Positions 36,640-50,500 of a stretch of 64,000 nucleotides of DNA are shown here, one piece after another. The position numbers and the translations under genes are program-made. Positions within the stretch are counted from its first letter, which is position 1; each line of letters opens with the position of its first letter. The notes beneath the pieces are model-generated. The model saw only the letters and a list, made by a program, of their open reading frames with translations. It did not search any database and was not told where the DNA came from. The DNA comes from Scyliorhinus canicula (taxonomy: Eukaryota): positions 306,482,335 to 306,546,334 of the forward strand of contig NC_052146.1 in assembly GCF_902713615.1 (NCBI RefSeq), in the 5' to 3' direction.

Positions 36640-37785
36640 GATGTTTGATTGTTTATTGTGTAGGGGGGCAGTGTATTTATTGTATTGGACTCTGTACCCC
36701 CCCCCAACACAGTAAACAAAGCAGCAGCAGAGTCCAATACAATAAACACACTGCCCCCCCCCAACACAGTAAACAAGCAGCAGACAGAGACCAATACAAT
36801 AAATACACTCCACCCCCCCACCCCCACAGTAAACAAGCAGCAGACAGAGACCAATACAATAAATACACTGCCCCCCCCCCCCAGTAAACAAACAGCAGAC
36901 AGAGACCAATACAATAAATACACTGCCCCCCCCCCCCAGTAAACAATCAAGCAGCAATGTATTTATTGTATTGGACTCTGGCTGCTGTTTGTTTACTCTG
37001 TGTGTGGGGGGGGGGGGCAGTGTGTTTACTGGGGGGGGGGGGGCAGTGTGTTTACTGTGTGGGGGGGGGCAGTGTATTTATTGCATTGGACTCTGCTGCT
37101 GTGTGTTTACTGTGTGTGGTGGGGGGGGGGGCAGTGTATTTATTGTATTGGAGTCTGTCTGCTGTTTGTTTACTGTGGGGGTAGGGGGGCAGTGTATTTA
37201 TTGTATTGGACTCTGTCTGCTGCTTGTTTACTGTGTGGGGGGGGGGGCAGTGTATTTATTGTATTGCACTCTCTCTGCTGTTTGTTTACTGTGTGGGGGG
37301 GGGGCAGTATATTTATTGTATTGCACTCTCTCTGCCGTTTGTTTACTGTGTGTGGGGGGGGCAGTGTATTTATTGTATTGGATTCTCTCTGCTGTTTGTT
37401 TACTGTGTGGGGGGGGTCAGTGTATTTATTGTATTGGAGTCTGTCTGCTGTTTGTTTACTGTGTGGGGGGGGGGGCAGTGTATTTATTGTATTGGAGTCT
37501 GTCTGCTGTTTGTTTACTGTGTGGGGGGGGGGCAGTGTATTTATTGTATTGGAGTCTGTCTGCTGTTTGTTTACTGTGTGGGGGGGGTCAGTGTATTTAT
37601 TGTATTGGAGTCTGTCTGCTGTTTGTTTACTGTGTGGGGGGGGGGGGGTCAGTGTATTTATTGTATTGGACTCTGTCTGCGGCTTGTTTACTGTGTGGGG
37701 GGGGTCAGTGTATTTATTGTATTGGACCCTCTCTGCTGTTTGTTTACTGTGTGGGGGGGTCAATGTATTGGGGGGGGGGGGGGAT
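36640..37785. repeat. ~60-bp minisatellite (G-run + CAGTGTATTTATTGTATTGGACTCTGTCTGCTGTTTGTTTACTGTGT) with an internally inverted block (~36697-36956)
   Basis: Directly visible in both orientations. Confidence 0.95.
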
Positions 37786-38396
37786 GTCAGTGAATACCTT
37801 ATCCAAAGGCACCTCCGGCAGTGCTGCATTCTCTCAGCCTCGGTTACATCCTCCACTTAACCCCTGACCCCACCCGGAGGGCAGGGGTTGTGTTCTGCTG
37901 CCAACTGCACAATCACAACTGATGAACGACTTCATTGTGAAAAGTCACACAAATTAAACGGAGCATCCCACAGCTCACTGGGCAAGAAAATTTTCACAAA
38001 TATTTTATAAATGGATAGAACCGCAAGCTGTTTCTTCGTCTTTCAGCTGGAAGGTGAAGCTCCACCAATGAGAGAGACTGGTTAACAAAGACCATTTGAG
38101 TTCAGGTGGAATATTCTATTGATATCCCCCAGCCCACCGAAGCTTCCTCTGCGTACGTCAGGATGGGTTTCACTTGCGGGAGGATCCAGGTCGACTCGGC
38201 TGTCATTAGGAAGAAAGCCAGAGATTCGTGGATCTTGGAAAGGGGACAAGTTTGTGGGTTTGTTTTCTAGTCAGAGGCAGGGTGGCTGCAAAAAGAGGAG
38301 TTCTCATTTAAATTGTCCGTGAGTGTCTGAACCGCCATCGGAACTCTCTCGCTCACTCTGACCCCATGGGGAGGGGACACGGCCCCACGTTATCCC

Positions 38397-38507
38397 TCAC
38401 AGTTTGATCCCCTGCAGGTTCTGTCTCAGGTTCAACGCCACTTGTTCCTGCCTCGTCTTCTCCAATTTAAATGCATCCCTGTTGGCTTTTTTCTCCATTC
38501 TTCGCTC
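38397..38507 (-). CDS. LTV1: LTV1 exon 11 coding part (ERRMEKKANRDAFKLEKTRQEQVALNLRQNLQGIKL*)
   Basis: atgtag acceptor after a pyrimidine tract; TGA stop at 38399-38397. Confidence 0.95.
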   Translation of the reverse strand, partial: ERRMEKKANRDAFKLEKTRQEQVALNLRQNLQGIKL

Positions 38508-41500
38508 CTACATTGGGACCAGAAAGAGAGAGGGAGAAATGGTTAAAAGAGGCAACACATTTTTCAACAAGCATCAGAGTAAATAACAGACGAAATATTA
38601 ACGGTGAGGCTAGAATCACTGCCGTTTATTACAGCAACACGCCAGAGACAATCTGTACCAAGTCTTTCAATATTTACTGAAAAGCTCTTTTCAACGCTGC
38701 ATCTTCCTGCCCTCTGAAACACTCCTCACCACGCGTTAGTGTGTACGCAGCACAAACCACCCAATCTGGCTGCAATAATGCCCTTTAATAAACTATGGGT
38801 CCGCTCCGTGGAGGGAGGGGACAGTCTTTAATCTGATACTTCATGGGATGTGGGTGTTGCCCATCCCTAATTGCCCTTGAACCGAGTGATTTGCTTAGCA
38901 TTTTCAGAGGACAGTTAAGAGCCAACCACATTGCTGGGGGTCTGGAGTCACGTGTAGGCCAGGGCGGGTAAAGAGGGCAGATTTCCTTCCCCTGAAGGAC
39001 ATCAGTGAACCAGATGGGTTTTTGCGACAGTCGATGACAGTTTCACGGTCACCATTACGGAGACTAGTTTTCAATTTAAACTCCATCCGCTGTGGTGGTG
39101 GGGGGCTGTGTCCCCAGGGTATTAGCTGGGTCTCTGGGGTACTAGCCCAGTGATATTCCCACTGCGTCAGCATCTCCCCACCATTGACATTGCCCGGTGA
39201 TACGCTCCTCAGAGAGTATCTGGGATTTATGTTCTTGCTGTGTTCTGGAGCGCGACATTTTCCTCACCTTCCGTTCTCCTTTAATTGTCTGTTTCCGGAT
39301 CTTGCGCTCCGATTTGCTCTCGTCCCGTGGACGGGGTTGCGTCGAGACTCTGGGCAAGTCGCTGATGTTAATTGTTTCTAGTCGTTCCAGCTGTTTAGCA
39401 GTGAGGTTCCGTTTGGGTAGAACATCCAATGGAACCCCAGTTTTCTTGGATACCTTGATTTGATTGAGCTGAAAAGAGGAAAAATCACAGGCTGACAATC
39501 TACAACTTGCATTGCAATGAAGTTCCCGTGATAATTATTTGGGACATGTTAAGACAGGTGCTCAAAAGCTCAGGTCAGAGTTAAGTTTGAAGTACTGTTT
39601 TGAAGAGGGTTGTGTTGGAGATGTTCACGAAGAGAATCCTAGAGTTTGGGGTCCTGGCAACAGAAGGCACAGCCTCCAATGGCAGCGCGGTGAAACAACA
39701 GGATTAATCTCACCAAGAGGCAAACTCCCCAAACCAACGCTGCACAGCTCCACATCCAAATAGAAAACAGCCAAGGAATGTTTTGCTACATTTAATGTTT
39801 TCTTACCAATGCAAGTCCTCTGTAATGTCTGCACTGGTGGGGGTCACCAGAACTTGGGGTGTTAGAGATCAGACCAATAAATCCACTGGGGAGTTCAGGA
39901 GAACCCTGTTGTCCAGACAGTGGTGAGAATGAAGGACAGGGGCACCCCCTCTTAATCACTGCCCAGAGGGCAGCATGGTGGCACAGTGGTTAGCACTGCT
40001 GCCCCATGGCACTGAGGTCCCAGGTTCGATCCTGGCTCTGGGTCACTGTCCGTGTGGAGTTTGCACATTCTCCCCATGTTTGCGTGGGTCTCACCCCCAC
40101 AACCCAAAGATGTGTAGGGTAGGTGGATTGGCCACGCTAAATCGCCCCTGAATTGGAAAAGATGAATTGGGTACTCAAAATTTATTTTAAAAACCCAGAA
40201 TTCAGAAATAGTCCCGACTAGTTAACCTCAAAGTGCCATCAGCGTAAATTCCAGCTGTGGAGGGGGGTCCGTGGCAAAACTCCCCCCCCCCCCCCCCCCC
40301 CGCCCTGGCACCCTACAGCCCCAGAGGTTTCTCAGAGGGAGACTACAAGAGGTTTGGAGAAGGGAACAGCACCAAATAAATAACACACTTTGAACTTTAC
40401 TGTGATGCAGATGAGGGAAGCTGGACAACACATTCTCCTCAGAGAGCATCCAGGGTCACTTTGGTTGGGTGGGCACGGGGAAAGGGCGATGGTGACATTC
40501 TGACTTTGACCAATAGTGTAAAGCGAGTGATATCGATTCAGCCCCCCCATCCACTGATATCACTCATTCTGCATTATAACTCAGAGTCAAAATCATCCCC
40601 ACAACCACAGTAATTGGTGGAAGAATGCCAGGTTCCCCTCCATGAAGGATATTACTGATTCAGCTGGGTTACTCACAACAATTTTTGTGTCAAATTTTAC
40701 AGGAGGCAGCCCAACAATCAAAATGATTGAGTTCAATTTCACAACCTCTGCTGGCAGGATTAGACCTCATGCTGGTCCAGCATTAGAACAAGATGTCGTT
40801 CAGATAGACCGGGATTCCAATGTGCTGCTGCCTTGGGCCACCCTGCCCATCCTAGTGGAACCGCACAGCCATGGTCTTAGTGAGCGGGGAAACACGGTGC
40901 GAGTGGGCAAGCACTTAGCGACAATGCGACATCCTTCACCCCGTCACTCCCATTTAACAAGAGGCAGAGACGGATGGACATTTACGGCAGCATCCATTCT
41001 TCATACCTTTGGTGGATCTGTTATCAGCTTCGGGTGGTTGTATAGATTTGAATAGGTGCCTGTACGAGAAAAAGATTCAGACTGAGGATTCAAGGTAATG
41101 TATGGTAACAATTCCACCACAATGCCCCTCCCGAGAACGTGGGCTATGCCAATCACGGGTATCTTTGTTTTGGTGAAGTGGATTGAGGGATATATACTAT
41201 CCCAGGACAACGAGGAGCACTCCCCTGGTCTTCCAGATATTCCCATGGGATTACATCCACCCAAAATATCTCATCTCAAAGGCTGCATCTCCAACAATAC
41301 AGCAGTCCCTTACTGGGACGGGGAAATATCCATGGAGTGGGCCGTGGATCTGACCCCCCCCCCCCCAAAAAACCTCTGACCCAGAAGCGAGTATGTGACC
41401 CACTGAGTCACAGCTGATGGAGGGGGAGCCGCCCTGTAACCAGTACTTACTGAGGATAGATTCACAGTCCCATTGCTCCGTTGGTTCTTCAATGACCAGC

Positions 41501-44500
41501 ATCTCAGTCTCTTCCTTCTCCTCTTCCACCTCCTTTAGTAGAACGTCTCCTCTTGGCCCCAGGTCATCAGGCATCTGACAGCTGCCGGCAAGATTGAGAG
41601 GATTGAGAATTCCCTTAAAAAGCAAAGAAAATGACACAACTCGCCGCTCCACTGGGTTGAAAAAGGGAGTGGGTATCTCCGCGCTACAGCACTTAGCCCC
41701 ACTGAACATTGTTTGCATTTAAGAAACACAATTTACTAGAATGGTACAAGGAATGCGGAGTTTTGGTTAAGTGGGAACACTGGGAAAGCTGCCATTTTCC
41801 TCAGTCGAGCAGAAGGGGTTACCTGGAGATTGGATCGTGAGGCAGGAAACCAGAGCAAACAGACTAAAGATAATCGGACAAATAACCGGAGCAGAGGGCG
41901 GCGGGGAGATGAGAATTGTTTTCTCCTCCATGTTGAGTGTTTAAGATCTGGCATGCGCTGCCTGAAAAGGCAGTAGAAGCAGATTCAATAATCATTTCCA
42001 TGAAGAAATTAGATATTTAAAAAGTTAAAACAAATTGCAGGAGTATGAGGAAAGAGGAGTGGGACGAATTTGATAGCAAAGGACTGACAGGCCGAATGGC
42101 CTCCTGTGCGATATAATTCTGCTCCCATTTTATATTCACTTACTCTTTTGCTTTCTGGGTGTGATAATCACTGATGACTTCATTCAGCCGTGTGCTATCC
42201 ACCTGAATACATCCTTCCAGTTCATGGTGATCCAGAGCTCCGATCTCATCATCATCGTACTCCTCGAACAGCTAAAGCAGGCAGGCACAGAGTTACTGCA
42301 CAGAACACTATCCGAAGAGTTACATCTACTTTCAACATCTTTCAGAAGAAACGTAAAAACAATACGGTAATAACAACATGGGATTTCAACTTCCCCAATA
42401 TTAACTGGGATACACAGTGTGGAAGGCTCAGAAGGGGTGAAATTCTTCTAATGTATCCAGGAGAGAGCTTTTTAGGCTGGTACGTAGAAAGAGAGAACTA
42501 GTTCTAAGGAAGTTGTTTCAGTGGGGGAGCATTTCGGTAATAGCGACCATAACTCAGTAAGATTCAAGGGAGTTGTGGAAACGGACAAAAATGGGCCCCA
42601 GATAAAAGTTCTGAATTTTAATAGGATAAGGCAGGATCTGGCCAAAGTCGACCGGGAGCAGTGATTTGTAGGAAAGGAAAAGTTATATCGGAGCAATGGG
42701 ATTCATTCAAAAAGGAAAGAGAGACACTACAGGACCAACATGTTCCCGGAAAGGTGAAGGGTAGGAGCAATAAGTCTAGAGAACCCTGGATGTCAAGGGA
42801 AATACAGGATTGGATAAAGGATAAAAGGGAAGCTTGTAGCAGATACCGAGGGCTCAAAACAGCAAAAGCCCTGGAGGGGCATAGAAAGTGCAGGGGGTTA
42901 CGTAAACAAAAAATCAGGAGAGGGAAGAGGGAAAAGCACTGGCGGGTAAAATAAAGGAAAGTCCAAATGTGTTTTATAAGCATATTAAGGGCAAGAGGAT
43001 GACATGAGAAAGAGTAGACACCACTAGGGACCAACGTGGCAACATGTATACAGAGCCAGAAGACATAGGTGAGGTTTTAGATGGGTACTTTGCATCTGTG
43101 TTCACTATGGAGATCAGAAAGAGGGACTGTTATGTACTTGAACAAATTAAGATAAGAGAGGGAGGGAGCAGGTATTAATGGTTTTAACGGGCTTCAAAGT
43201 GGATCAATCCCCAGGCCCAGATGAGATGTATCCCAGGCTGCTGTGGAAGGCAAAGGAGCAGATTGCAGAGGAATGACAATTTTCAAATCTTCTCTGGCCA
43301 CAGGAGAGGTGCCAGAGGACTGGGGCACAGCTATTCAAGAAGGGTGGTAGGGATAAACCTGGAAATTACAGGCCAGCGAGTCTAACACCAGTGGTAGGGA
43401 AACTATTGGAAAACATTCAGAGGGACAGAATTAATTTCCACTTGGAGAGGCAGGGATTAATCAAGGATTTTGTCAAAGGGAAAACACGTCCAACAAATTT
43501 GATTGAATGTTTCGAGGAGGTGACTAAGTGTAAAGTTTTTTTTTAAAATTTAGATTATCCAATTATTTTTTCCAATTAAGGGGCAAATTAGCGTGGCCAA
43601 TCCACCTACTCTGCACATTTTTGGGTTGTGGGGGCGAAACCCACGCAAACACGGGGAGAATGTGCAAACTCCACACGGACAGTGACCCAGAGCCAGGATC
43701 GAACCTGGGACCTCGGCGCCGTGAGGCAGCTGTGCTAGACTAAGTGTAAAGTTGATGTCAGTGTAGTTGATGTAGTCTCCATGAATTTCAGTAAAGCTTT
43801 TGACAAGGTCTCACATGGGAAACTGGTCAAGAAGCCAAGAGCCCATGGGATCCAGGGCAGTGATTAGTGCTGGGTCCCTTGCTGTTTGTAGTGTACATTA
43901 ATGATCTGGACTATAAATGTAGGAGGTATGATCAGTAAGTTTGTAGATGACACAAAAATCAGTGGTGTGGTAAATAAATAGTTCCTAAGTTCATAAGATA
44001 CAGGAGCAGAATTAGGCAATTTGGCCCATCGAGTCGGACCCACCATTCGATCATGGCTGATCTCACCCTGGGCTTAACTTCACCGTCCTAGCCCGTTCTC
44101 CATAACCCTTCTATCCATTACTAATTAAAAATCTATCTCCTCCTTAAATTTACTCACTGTCCCAGCATCCACCACACTCCAGGGTTGCAAATTCCACAGA
44201 TTCACAAACCAATGGGAGAAGTAGTTTCTCCTCAACTCGGTTTCCTCCACAAGTTCTGAAAGACGTGCTTGTTAGGTGAATTGGACATTCTGAATTCTCC
44301 CTTTGTGCATCCGAACAGGCGCCGGAATGTGGCGACTAGGGGCTTTTCACATTAACTTCATTGTCGTGTTAATGTAAGCCTACTTACAATAAAGATTATT
44401 AAAATTTGCTACCTCTTATCCTGAGACTATGATCCCTTGTTTTAGAATGTCCCACAAGAGGAAGCATCAGCTCCTTGTCTACTTTATCCATGCTGTTTAG

Positions 44501-47500
44501 CATCTTGTATACCTTAATTAGATCTCCCCTCATTCTTCTAAATTCTAGAGAGTATAGGCCTAAACATTGATGATTTGGAGTTGGGGACCAAGGGCAATGT
44601 GTCCAAGTTTGCAGATGACACTAAGATGAGTGGTAAAGCGAAAAGTGCAGAGGATACTGGAAGTCTGCAGAGGGATTTGGATAGGTTAAGTGAATGGGCT
44701 CGGGTCTGGCAGATGGAATACAATGTTGACAAATGTGAGGTTATCCATTTTGGTAGGAATAACAGCAAACGGGATTATTATTTAAACGATAAAATATTAA
44801 AGCATGCCGCTGTTCAGAGAGACTTGGGTGTGCTAGTGCATGAGTCACAGAAGGTTGGTTTACAAGTGCAACAGGTGATTAAGAAGGCAAATGGAATTTT
44901 GTCCTTCATTGCTAGAGGGATGGAGTTTAAGACTAGGGAGGTTATGTTGCAATTGTATAAGGTGTTAGTGCGGCCACACCTGGAGTATTGTGTTCAGTTT
45001 TGGTCTCCTTACTTGAGAAAGGACGTACTGGCGCTGGAGGGTGTGCAGAGGAGATTCACTAGGTTAATCCCAGAGCTGAAGGGGTTGGATTATGAGGAGA
45101 GGTTGAGTAGACTGGGACTGTACTCGTTGGAATTTAGAAGGATGAGGGGGGATCTTATAGAAACATTTAAAATTATGAAAGGGATAGGATAGATGCGGGC
45201 AGGTTGTTTCCACTGGCGGGTGACAGCAGAACTAGGGGGCATAGCCTCAAAATAAGGGGAAGTAGATTTAGAACTGAGTTTAGGAGGAACTTCTTCACCC
45301 AAAGGGTTGTGAATCTATGGAATTCCTTGCCCAGTGAAGCAGTTGAGGCTCCTTCATTACATGTTTTTAAGGTAAAGATAGATAGTTTTTTGAAGAATAA
45401 AGGGATTAAGGGTTATGGTGTTCGGGCCGGAAAGTGGAGCTGAGTCCACAAAAGATCAGCCATGATCTCATTGAATGGCGGAGCAGGCTCGAGGGGCCAG
45501 ATGGCCTACTCCTGCTCCTATTTCTTATGTTCTTATGTTCTTAAACTGTTCAATCTCTCCTCATACGACAAACCCCATATCTCTGGAATCAACCTAGTGA
45601 ACCTCCTCTGAACTGCCTCCAATGTCACTACATCCTTCCTCAAATAAGGGGACCAAAACTGTGCTCAATACTCCAGATGTGGTCTTACCAACGCCGTGTA
45701 CAGCTGTAACAACACTTCCTTACCTTGATACTCTATTCCTTTTGCTATAAATGCCAACATTCCATTTGCATTCTTTATTATCTGCTGTACCTGAATGCTA
45801 GTTTTCTGTGACTCATGCACGAGGACACCCAGATCCCTCTGCAATGGAGCGCCCCGAAGTCTCGCCCCATTTGGATAATATGTTGCCATCCCATTTTTCC
45901 AAACAAAATGCATGACCTCACACTTATCCACATTAAACTCCATCTGCCACATTTTGGCCCACCCTCCTAACCTATCTATATCCATTTGTCGGGTTCTCAT
46001 TACCTCATTGCAACTTACTGTCCCACCTATTTTTGTGTCATAATAATATGCCTACAGAACCTTTTTACCCCTGTATCCAAGTCGGAAATATAGATTGTAA
46101 ATAGCTGGGGCCCAAGGACCGAACCTCTGGCACCCCATTAGTTACATCTTGCCATCCAGAAAAAGTCCCATTTATCCCCTCTCTGCCTCCTGTCCTTCAG
46201 CCAGTCTTCTATCCAAGCTGATAATTACCCCAACCCCATGTGATCTAACCTTGTGCATTAACCATCTCCGTGGCACCTTATCAAACGCCTTTTGAAGTCC
46301 AGATATATTACATCTACAGGATCCCCATTATCCACTTTGTTTGTTATATTTTCGAAGAACTCGAGCAAATTAGTCAAACAATCCCAATAGTTTGTCGAGT
46401 ACCGTTTTCCTATTGACGTTAATTGTTCTAAGTTCCTCCCTTTCTATTACCTCTGAAATGCTCGTTCCTATAGGAATGGTATTCGTGTCCTCCACCATGA
46501 AAACGGAGGCAAAGTATTGATTTAGCATCTTTGCCATTTCTGTGTTCTCCACCATTAACTCTCCGGTTTCATCTTCCAAGGGACCAACATTCACTTCAGC
46601 AACTCTCTTCCCTTTTATGTACTTGTAGAAGCGTTTGTGTTCTTTTTGATATTCTGCACTACTTTTCTTTCGAATTACCTCAGCTCTTTCTATTCCTTTT
46701 TGAGTATCCCTTTATGTTTGAAAGTTTCCCAATCTTCCAGCCTGTCACTGGCCTTTGCAATATGATACACCTTAGTTTTTGTCTTTTTAATGTCCTTGAC
46801 CTCCTCGTTTAGCCGTGTGTTTTTTACCCTCTTTCTTCCTCACTGGGATATATTTTAGTTGTGAGGAATTGAGTATCTCTTTAAACAACTGCCACTGTTC
46901 ATCAGCTGCCTTACCTTTTAGCCTTCCAGCCCAGTCTATACAGGTCAGGTCTGTCCTCATGTCCAAGTAATTTATTTTGTTTAGTTCCAGGACTCCACTT
47001 TCTCGTCCACAAACTGAATTTTGAATTCAACCATACTATAGAACATAGAACCGTATGCCACACTGCAGACCCTTCGGCCCACGATGTTGTGCCGACCATT
47101 TATCCTAATCCAAGATCAACCTAACCTGCACCCCTTCAATTTACTGCTGTCCATGTGCCTGTCCAAGAGTCGTTGAAATGTCCCAAATGACTCAGACTTC
47201 ACCACCTCTGCTGGCAGTGCATTCCACACACCCACTACTCTCTGTAAAGAACCTACCTCTGACATCTCCCCTATACCTCCCTCCAATAAACTTAAAATGA
47301 TGTCCCCTCGTGACAGCCATTTCCATCCTGGGAAAAATTCTCTGGCTATCCACTCTATCCATGCCTCTCATCACCTTTTATACCTCTATCAAGTCACCTC
47401 TCTTCCTTCTTCGCTCCAGTGAGAAAAGCCCTAGCTCCCTCAATCTTTCTTCACAAGACATGCCCTCCATTCCAGGCAGCATCCTGGTAAATCTCCTCTG

Positions 47501-50500
47501 CACCCTCTCCAAAGCATCCACGTCCTTCCTATAATGAAGCGACCAGAACTGGACACAATATTCCAAGTGTGGTCTAACTAGGGTTTTATAAAGCTGCAGC
47601 AAAACCTCGCGGCTCTTAAACTTAATCCCCCTGTTAATGAAAGCCAACACACAATACGCCTTCTTAACAACCTTGGTGGCAACTTTGAGGGATCCATGTA
47701 CGTGGACTCCAAGATCCCTCTGTTCCTCCACACTTCCAAGAATCCTGCCTTAACCCTGTATTCAGCATTCAAATTTGACCTTCCAAAATGAATCACTTCA
47801 CATTTATCTAGGTTGAACTCCATCTGCCACTTCTCAGCCCAGCTCTGCATCCTGTTGTAACCTGCAATAGCCCTCAACACTATCTACAACTCCCCCAACC
47901 TTCGTGTCATCGGCAAACTTACTAATCCACCTTTGCACTTCCTTATCCAAGTCATTTATAAAAACCACAAAGAGCAGAGGTCCCACAACAGATCCCTGCG
48001 GGACACCACTGGTCACCGAACTCCAGGCGGAATATTTTCCATCCACTACCACTCGCTGTCTTCTTTCGGCCAGCTAATTCTGTATCCAGACAGCCAAATT
48101 TCCCTGTATCACATGCCCCCTAACTTTCTGAATGAGCCTACCATGGGGAACCTTATCAAATGCCTTACTGAAATCCATATACGCCACAGCCACTGCCCGA
48201 CCTTCATAAATGTGTCTCGTCACATCCTCAAAGAATTCAATGAGGCTTGTGAGGCATGACCTGCCCCTCACAAAGCCATGCTGACTATCTTTAATCAAAC
48301 TATGTCTTCTCAATAATCATAAATCCTATCTCTCAGAATCCTTTCCAATATTTTGCTCACCACAGACGCAAGACTAATGTGGGTCTGTAATTCCCAGGGA
48401 TTTCCCGATTCCCTTTCTTGAACAGAGGAACAACATCGCCTCCCTCCATCCGGTCCTACTCCAGTGGAGAGTGAGGACGCAAAGATCATCGCCAATGGAG
48501 CAGCAATCTCCTCCCTCGCTTCCCATAGTAACCTTGGGTATATCCCGTCAGGCCCAGGGGACTAATCTATTCTGATGCTTTTCAAAATTTACAGCACATC
48601 CTCGTTTTTAATATCAACCTGTTTGAGTCTATTAACCTGGTTGACGCTGTTCTCATGAGCAACAAGGTCCCTCTCTCTCGTAAATACTGAAGCAAAATAT
48701 TCATTTAGGACCTCCCCCATCTCCTCAGACTCTAGGCACAAGTTCCCTCCACTATCCCTGATCAGCCCTACTCTCACTCTGATCATCCCTTTATTTCTCA
48801 CACAAGTGCAGAATGCCTTGGGGTTTTCCCTAATCCTTCCCACCAGGGCTTTTTCATACCGTCGTCCAGCACTCCTAAGTCCTTTTTGAGTTCCTTCCTG
48901 GCTATCTTGTAACCCTCTAGAGCCATGCCAGATCCTTGCTTCCTCAACCTTACGTAAGCTTCCTTCTTCCTCGTGACTAGAAGCTCCACTTCTCTTGTCA
49001 TCCAAGACTCCTTCAACTTACCATTCCTCAGTGGGACAAAGCTATCCAGCACTCGCAGCAAGTGCTCCTTAAACAATCCCCACATTACTGTTGTGCATTT
49101 CCCCAAGAACAACTGTTCCCACTTTATAGAATTTACAGTGCAGAAGGAGGCCATTCAGCCCATCGAGTCTGCACCTGCTCTTGGAAAGAGCACCCTACCC
49201 AAGGTCAACACCTCCACCATATCCCCATAACCCAGTAACCCCACGCAACACTAAGGGCAATTTTTTTGGCCACTAAGGGCAATTTATCATGGCCAATCCA
49301 CCTAACCTGCACATCTTTGGGCTGTGGGAGGAAACCGGAGCACCCGGAGGAAACCCACACACACACGGGGCGGATGTGCAGACTCCACACAGACAGTGAC
49401 CCAAGCCGGAATCGAACCTGGGACCCTGGAGCTGTGAAGCGATTGTGCTATCCACAATGCTACCGTGCTGCCCTCAGCTCCTGTCTAATAGCAGTATAAT
49501 TTCCCCTCCCCCAATTAAATACCTTCCCATACTGTATGTTCCTATCCCTCTCCGTGACTATGGTAAAGGTCAAGGCGTTGTGGTCACTGTCACCAAAGTA
49601 CCTTTTGTGTAAACTGACCTTCTCAAACCGATCATCCAACAGGGTGAGTTGCTCATTTCGTCTTATCACAGATGATGTCATGGAGTAGGTGGTGAAGCGA
49701 CTCCTGGTCTCCTCCTCGAGAAAGGGGAACTCTCTCTCTCTACCCTCATTGCTGGCAATCCTTGAGCCACCATCATCAGAGAGAGCACCAGTCGAGTCAC
49801 AGTCTTCATCTTCGGTATCCTCCCACTCCTCATCATCATCGGAATGCCTAAAGAACAAATAGACAATCCATTCACTCTGGCATTGTGATGAATGTAGAAA
49901 TTGTTACATATTATATTTCATGTTTGTTACAATTATGTTATTAAAAACCCAGGTTTAAAATACAAAGTGTGTCTACCAAAGCTGTAATAAAGGTGTCGTA
50001 AAAGGTGTGGTAATTATTGATTTTAACCATTTACTTGTTTACAGAAACATTGCTAATGGTACATTGTTTTGATTGCAGGAGATACCCTGGGGTGTAGAGA
50101 ACTTGAGCGATTGTATTTAGTCCCAGCTAAGCAGGTGATGGGACATCGAAGTGGGATATAGATGATTTAATTAATGGGAGGAGCCAGGTCTGTCTGTAGT
50201 TTGCAGTTTTTTGAAATCTTGTTAGACTCTTCTGCTCAACCTCAAAAGACAGAAGGACTTTCAGGTTAGTATAGAGAAATACAGCACAGAACAGGCCCTT
50301 CGGCCCACGTTGTTGTGCCGAACCTTTGTCCTAGGTTAATCATAGAATTTTGGACACTAAGGGCAATATATCATGGCCAATCCACCCAACCTGCACATCT
50401 TTGGACTGTGGGAGGAAACTGGAGTACCCGGAGGAAACCCACGCACACATGGGGCGGATGTGCAGACTCCACACAGACAGTGACGCAAGTCGAAATCGAA

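Noticed and set aside
36592-37867. Cys/Gly-rich, keratin-associated-like ORFs (CIYCIG repeats)
   Set aside because: Translation of the ~60-bp minisatellite whose variable G-runs shift frames randomly
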